NCBI GenBank assembly: GCA_964016885.1
Contig: OZ024741.1
Coordinates: 254,138,001-254,202,000 of the forward strand
Direction of reading: 5' to 3'
DNA from: Eledone cirrhosa
Lineage: Eukaryota
DNA: 64,000 bases
Shown: positions 52,711-64,000 of the stretch, one piece after another
Layout of the letters: each line of letters begins with the position of its first letter
How positions within the stretch are numbered: the first letter of the stretch is position 1
Notes under the pieces: model-generated
What the model saw: the letters and a program-made list of their open reading frames with translations, nothing else
Databases searched by the model: none
Told to the model about the DNA's origin: nothing
Program-made: the position numbers and the translations under genes

Positions 52711-55101
52711 CTGTAAGGAAAGAATAAAGTTTGAGAATATAAATCAAAACAACAATAATTATTATTGGCAATATTATTAGGGCTTTGGGTAAAATGCTTT
52801 GTGGCATTTGTTTCGGCCCTTTACATTGTAGGTTTGAATCCTGCTGAGGTTAGCTTTGCCATTCATCCCTATAAGGTTGATAAAATAAAGTACCAGTTAT
52901 GTATTGGGTCAATTTAATTGATTTTTCCCACCCACAAAATTGTTGGCCTTGTACCTAAATCAGAAATCAGTATTAACAGAGTCCTTGGAGCATTGGTCAA
53001 AATGCCTTGCAGTATTTGTTCCAACATTTTATCTAAACTATAATAAAGAAAGGAGTGTGGGACTGCATCCAGAATATATTATTATCCTGTTTGTAAAATA
53101 AGTTGGATTACTTTGAATAAATAATGAATGAATATTACATAATTTATCTACTAAATTTCGTTATTCTTGATTAAATATAAATAATTTTGTTGTTTATTTT
53201 AAGATTCACTTCTTTAAAATTTTCAAATGTGAACACTTCCGGTTAGCGATCATTTAAATAAACATTCATATATTTCCGTCACTAATTTTCTCCTAATGCA
53301 GATAATATCATCTTTTTTTAATGTATCATGGATTACGTTACTGAATACATAAGACAGTGTGAGGCAGTCTCCATGCATTTTATTTGATGTGTCATATCTG
53401 CATGCATATATATTTGCGTATGATATCAATATACACACTACACATGCTAGCAGAAAACCACCCATGGTTTTTCTGTTAATAATAATAATGAAAATTATTG
53501 TGTACAGTGCTCAGGTGCACTACAACTCATCAAATGTACATGTATAATACATAGAATAATCTACAAATGTCAGAAAAGTAATCAGTGCATCGATTATGAT
53601 ATTTACAGATACACACACATACATGCATGCGTGTGTATAGAGGGGGAATATCAGGTGTAGTGTTGGCGAATTTCAGGAAGCATGGAAGTTTTGGAGGATG
53701 CAGTGTCCCGACAGCTAACTACCTATGCAGGTAATTTGTTCCATGCTTCAGCAACTCCGAGCATGAAAACATGTTTCTGAAAGTCATGGGAGCTGTGCTA
53801 TTCTGAGTTCAAATCCTGATGAGGATAATTTTTGACTTTTATCCTTCAAAGTTTGATAAAATAGCAAATGGTGTTCTGGGTTGATATAATTGATTAGTTC
53901 CTCCCACAAAATGTTTGGCATTGTGATTATGTAAGAAATTTTTTTTTTTTTTTTTTTAGCATGCGCACCAGGTCACAGATTTTAGAGATATGTAGTTGAC
54001 TATACCAAGCCAAGTACACCACTGGGAATTTATATTTTATCAACCCAGGAGGATAATCTTAGGGAGGGGGAATTTGAAATTCTGAACATAAAGTGTTGAA
54101 ACTAAATTTACTACAAGGTGTTTTGTCTGCTGCTCTAAGGAGTCAGCTAATTGCATGCTTTAAAATCAACAACAACAACTTCTGCGGATCACTCATGTAG
54201 AAAGCCCACAAAGAAACCATGGTCACCCTGACCATGGGGCAAGTGTTCCCTCCCAGTTGTCCTCCAATGTACACGTATATACTCAGAGCAGGCCCTTTTA
54301 CTCAGACTATGATTATCACTCGCATTCACCTTTCAACAAATATGTTGGAAGGCAACACTTCCTTTCCACCCTGATTTGCTTGTTCAAGGGAAACGTGAAA
54401 AAGTTAATCAGGACCTTTGCCAAATAGGAAAGCGCTTGTCCTCAACCCTGTCAAATACATCCAGCACAGCAACTCTTTCGCCATGGACATCAGGCAAATA
54501 AAAGCAGCCTGCCCTCCCTAGTGGGGCAATCTTTGTGATGGACTCAACTGATAACTGCAACCATCCTATATGTGATAGTGGGTGTTTGACATAAACCTAC
54601 AACTCAGCAATGGGGAATAGAAGCATATTAATGACAAACTTCCTATTTGATGTGATGCCGACATGGTAAAAAAGCACCCAACCCACACTGTAAAGTATTC
54701 ACTTAGTTGTCGTGACTGCAGTTTCATTGAGTAACCTCAGTTTTGAGCACTGTGAAAAATCTCTACTCATCAGGGAACTTCGCGATCAAGAAAAAAATTC
54801 TGATGAGTTATCCGCTACCAGCGATAATTTTGAATGGGAGAATTATCACATGATTTACAGCCAACAGAAGGGCAGCAGTATGTGGACAATGGCAAGTAAC
54901 GGGGCTGCTAGAGGCAGTCTGATTCAGTCAAATTTATTTTACTCAACCACAAAGGAGAAATTTACAAATTTATTGAAGATTATATATATATATATAAAAT
55001 GATGAAATTATTTGCAGTGTAATGAGTGAAAACAGTAAATTAATAAAAGTAAAATTAAGATACAATAAATGAACTGTGTATACAGTTAAAATTTTTCTTA
55101 C

Positions 55102-55156
55102 CTTCAACAACCAAGGCAAAAGCCACGAGCACAACAAGAGTAATTGGTATCTTCAT
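55102..55156 (-). CDS. Gene B exon 1: signal peptide MKIPITLVVLVAFALVVE
   Basis: ATG-K plus hydrophobic core; 55 nt; AG|GTAAGA donor (phase 1); TATA about 55 nt upstream. Confidence 0.85.
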
Positions 55157-55176
55157 TCTTGATGATTCTCACTTAA

Positions 55177-55232
55177 AAATGATCCCAGTTCGGTAGTGAT
55201 GCTTCTTTATATATATAAAGAAGCATCACTAC
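55177..55232 (-). promoter_or_regulatory. Core promoter of gene B: TATATAAAG inside a perfect 40-bp palindrome, Inr-like TCATTT near 55180
   Basis: GTAGTGATGCTTCTTTATATATATAAAGAAGCATCACTAC (55193-55232) is its own reverse complement. Confidence 0.65.
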
Positions 55233-55249
55233 TGAATATATAATAAATA

Positions 55250-55290
<41 letters not shown>

Positions 55291-55304
55291 CAAGTGTGTA
55301 TACA

Positions 55305-55359
<55 letters not shown>

Positions 55360-55899
55360 TATGCACACACACACACGTATATATATATATACACACACAG
55401 ACATACATGTACATACATATGTATATATCTAATCTTATTTATCTTTACTCAAATTTCATAATGTAATATAAAATCTAAGCCAGTATCTTATAGATTTGTG
55501 CATCCTATTTCAAAGTAAACACATTAGAAGTTAACCTTTCACCTTGTTTATTTTAGCATCGTCCTAGTTTACCATCTTCCAATGATGGTTCAAGTCACAC
55601 AAGATATATTTATTGTACTGTTTGTTTTATGACTTTGCTGTAATGTATATCATATTATTTTGAAAAAAATGATCTACATTTCAAGCTAAAGTACATCTGA
55701 AACAGGCATAGCCTTTGTGGTTAAGAAGTTTTACTATATACACAAGCACACATTTCTAAGCCTAATCATTATCTGTGGTACCTTGGTTAAGTATATTCTA
55801 CCAAAGCTATAGCTTTTTATACAGATTGTTATACAAATTGTTAATAACTTTATTAATTATAGCTCAATTTTCATAAAACGTGTTTTATTTTGAACGGTA

Positions 55900-56400
55900 T
55901 AGTGATAGAAGTACAGTACGGTGTTAAAATTCTGCATAGGCACTAGTGTTGTCCAGTAGTGTTTGTAATTGTCTGGGTATATCATCAACTAACCCCATCA
56001 GGAACTCAGCGAGTGTTCGAGGCAGCACATGACAAATACATTCCTCCAATGAGTCAGGGATTTTGGTTTCGAGCTATAAACTTCTTTCTTCTTTCATCAC
56101 AACAGGAAAAAATCACATGGTGTTAAGTCAGGGCTTTTTGCTGGCCATTCATGTGGACCTTGATGGCCCAGTCAATGTCCTGGAAATTGGACATCAAGCC
56201 ACTCATGGGCATCATCATCATCATCATCATCATTATTATCATCATCATCGTTTAACGTCTATCTTCCACGCTAGTGTGTGCAAAATAAGGAGGGGCTCCA
56301 TCTTGCATGAATATGAGGTCATTGATGTTGTCCAAGTGGTCACAGTAGGCCAAAAGTTGTAAGTAATTTTCACTAGGGAGTTTTTTTTTACCCATCCAGT
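55900..56400 (-). pseudogene. Decayed Tc1/mariner transposase, rosa/DD41D-like, interrupted by a (CAT)n-tailed insertion at about 56210-56274
   Basis: Minus strand reads DLIFMQDGAPPYFAHT..HEWLDVQFPGH*LGHQGPHEWPAKSPDLTPCDFFL**KKKEVY; about 41 residues between the second and third catalytic D. Confidence 0.85.
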
Positions 56401-56487
56401 TGACTGTACAAGCAACAGCTACTTGAGTTTTATAGATTGCACAAGCAAAAGCTTATAAAGTTAAAAAGTGGTAAATGAGAAATTTAA

Positions 56488-56672
56488 TTGAAACTTGACA
56501 ATTAGGCAATGTAACTGCAGTCAAACTTGATCAACAGGAAATGTAACATGCTGTCAAACTTGACACTCAGGCAATATAATGTGCTGTCAAACTTGACAAT
56601 TAGGTGAGGTAACATGAGTCAAACTTGACAATTAGGCAATGTAACATGCTGTCAAACTTGACCAACAGGAAA
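56488..56672. repeat. About 6 tandem 31-33-bp units, each carrying the near-palindrome GTCAAACTTGAC
   Basis: Direct reading. Confidence 0.85.
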
Positions 56673-57781
56673 CATTACAGAGAAAAGTGAACAACTTAAA
56701 TTATTTTGAGCTTTTTTTTTATTTTAACCAAATGTGGTTCAAATGTTTTGATTTGAAGAAACAGGCAGAGTCAGATTATTGTACAGAGAAAGCTTTAGTA
56801 AAATATGCTGCTGCTAGGAAATCAGGAATATCCACACCAAATCTACAACTGGTTCATTTTAAAGAATTTCAGAAATAACCACACATCATAGTATTTAAAA
56901 AAAAAAAAGAAATAATAATAATGGTTTCTGATTTAAGAAATGTGGTGAGGCAGAAGGTTAAAAAGTGAGTACATATTAAAAAATCTATTGTAAATCAACA
57001 AGCCATAAATGTGCTTGTTGGATGGGAGGTTAAAAGAATTATTTACATGAATTAAAAGAATTATTTACATCAGTTAAAAGTTCTCTGTAAGTTTGCTAAG
57101 AATATGAATGTGGGGCAGAGTAAAAAAAATGCTATGAAATACATTCTGAAACACAAACTTACTTTTAAGACATTTATAAAAGTAAACTGTCTCCCTTGTC
57201 TAGACCTCTTTCTTTACCTGTGCGAAACAAGATTTTTTTTTTTTTTTTTAAATTGTTAGCTCCCTTGTCAAGCACTCTTCTTTGATTTGGAACATTACAA
57301 TGGTTTGCCAGGATAAAAGAAACTGTAATATTCAAATTTATATAATTTTAAACTGTTGTATCTCTTGTTTGAAACCTTTCTTTAGGCTGTAACAGTTGAA
57401 AAGTTTGCTAGGAGAAACACAAAAACCGTAATATTAATTTTTTTATTCATCCTAAAAGTATCTGAGAAGTAAATCCCAAATCCAAACCTAATTGGAATCT
57501 CTTTCCTTCAATAACACAATATCTACCTGTCTGTGTCTTTGATAAGTATAATTATAAGAGGTCATGAATGTTGCTGAGTTAGAGATTCTTTCAGGACATT
57601 GCTGATAATAGGAATCTCCAGCTTTTCAGAAATTCTGGTTTCAACTGTTACTAGAAAGAAGTTTACTTTGTTAGAATAGCAAACAGTGAGTGAAGTGTTA
57701 TATATATATATAAATATATAAATATACATACACACACATATATATATATCTACATACACACACATATATATATATCTACAT

Positions 57782-57812
<31 letters not shown>

Positions 57813-57864
57813 CATTGTGGGAGTAAGAGGAGTGGATATGTTAGTAGCCACAACAATTCAGGTA

Positions 57865-58540
57865 AAGGATCTCAAATTTTAGCTAATAGTCTGCTATGAG
57901 GAAGAATACAAATATAAGTTGAAACTAATATATTAAAAAAGCTAAAATAATAAAGTTATATAATATTAAATAAAGGATAAAAAGCATAAAAATAACTTGA
58001 AGGACATAATAAACATAGATGGGAGGATATATAGTTTGAAATATTTTAGCTTAGGGTCAGCTATGAGGGAGAATAAGAAGAGGGGTCGAAATTTCAGTAT
58101 TAAACAAAGTAAAAATAAAAAATAAAGGTTAAAAAGAATTTAAAAAAAATAATTGTTTCTGCTTTTGACACAAGGCCACCAATTACCCAGTGCATTACTG
58201 GTACTTTATTTTATCGACCCCATAAGGATGAAAGGCAAAGTTAACCTCGGTCGGATTTGAACTCAGACGATAAAGGGCCATAACTGTTTGCTTGCAAAGC
58301 ATGGCGTCAGACCCTTTACCGATACTACCAATCCACAAAAAAATAATAAAAATAAACTTGGACATATACGGGAGGATTTATAATTAGAAATATTTTAGCT
58401 TAGAGTCAGAGAATAATAAGAAGGGTCGAAATTTCTATATTAAACAAGGTAAAAATAAGACAAAAATAAAGGATAAAAAGAATTAAAAAATAATAAAAAT
58501 AAACTTGATGAACATAAACATACATGGGAGGATTTATAAA
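57865..58540. repeat. Three degenerate ~150-bp A-rich tandem units with a SINE inserted at about 58150-58335
   Basis: GGGAGGAT.TATA..T.GAAATATTTTAGCTTAG.GTCAG..GGGTCGAAATTTC..TATTAAACAA.GTAAAAATAA recurs at about 58021 and 58370, more degenerate at about 57870. Confidence 0.7.
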
Positions 58541-59013
58541 CAGGCGTGGGGAAAATATTCAAAAGATGTGGGAGGAATTATAAAAAAATATATGGGGGAA
58601 ATAATCAAAAAATTATTGGAGGAATCATGAATAATACATAAGTTTGTTTTACTATTTACAAATAACTGAACATTCAGTCAATAAAAACGAAAAAATGTCT
58701 AATATACATTAAAGTGTAACCCTCCACCATCAAAACTATACATGGGTAAAAATGTAAGAGACTGTGGCAATGGAATGGTTCTGTTAACCCCAACTGCTGC
58801 CACAAATCTTACAGTTAAAATATAATACACTAAAAATATTTACATGAAATTTTCTTCTTCTTCTCCTCCTCCGTCCACAACTAAGCTTAAATTCACAGAA
58901 GTTTGAAATCAATGTCAAAAAATTTAACGAAATATACAAATAATAAGTTAAACATCTTGTTAATAGATTATTTGCCTAAAGAAACAGAAACTTTGACATC
59001 AATTGTAAAAGTA

Positions 59014-64000
<4,987 letters not shown>

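Noticed and set aside
40939-52807. Three 3,700-3,900-aa minus-strand ORFs
   Set aside because: Translation of a pyrimidine-rich satellite; all frames give the same permuted text and unit lengths ignore codon phase.
54712-55002. 96-aa ORF in intron 1 of gene B
   Set aside because: Antisense to gene B, non-ATG start, no recognisable motif or splice context.
56063-56362. Plus-strand ORF with a poly-His run
   Set aside because: The His run is a (CAT)n retroelement tail inserted in a minus-strand transposase relic; unrelated to gene B.
57163-57427. Candidate small exons of a third gene (57163-57186 minus; 57386-57427 plus)
   Set aside because: One splice site is weak in each case, and no signal exon or terminal exon could be linked.

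Overview
AT-rich, repeat-dense eukaryotic genomic DNA. The SINE, RTE-LINE and microsatellite content looks like an octopus or other coleoid cephalopod (inference). Almost all long ORFs in the supplied track are artefacts of satellites, microsatellites or decayed LINEs. Reading splice signals by eye gives two convergent micro-exon genes for small secreted peptides that the ORF track misses. Gene A (+ strand; exons 1372-1426, 6306-6329, 8299-8322, 15090-15134, 17216-17286) encodes a 72-aa prepropeptide with a KR site. Gene B (- strand; exons 55156-55102, 52710-52696, 39161-39123, 38173-38132, 36790-36770, 19618-19593) encodes a 65-aa His-rich secreted peptide. Both genes have a TATA box, a 55-nt signal-peptide coding exon, only phase-1 introns, internal exons of 15-45 nt that are all multiples of 3, and an AATAAA. 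Gene B spreads 198 coding nt over 35.6 kb. Two of its introns hold a ~14-kb 58-bp satellite and a ~12.5-kb purine-rich satellite. A near-identical inverted repeat brackets the first satellite close to both splice sites. The rest of the window is RTE, CR1 and RLE-type LINE fragments, SINEs, MITEs, a decayed DD41D mariner, Penelope-like palindrome and hammerhead remnants, and a ~5-kb (TA)n tract.
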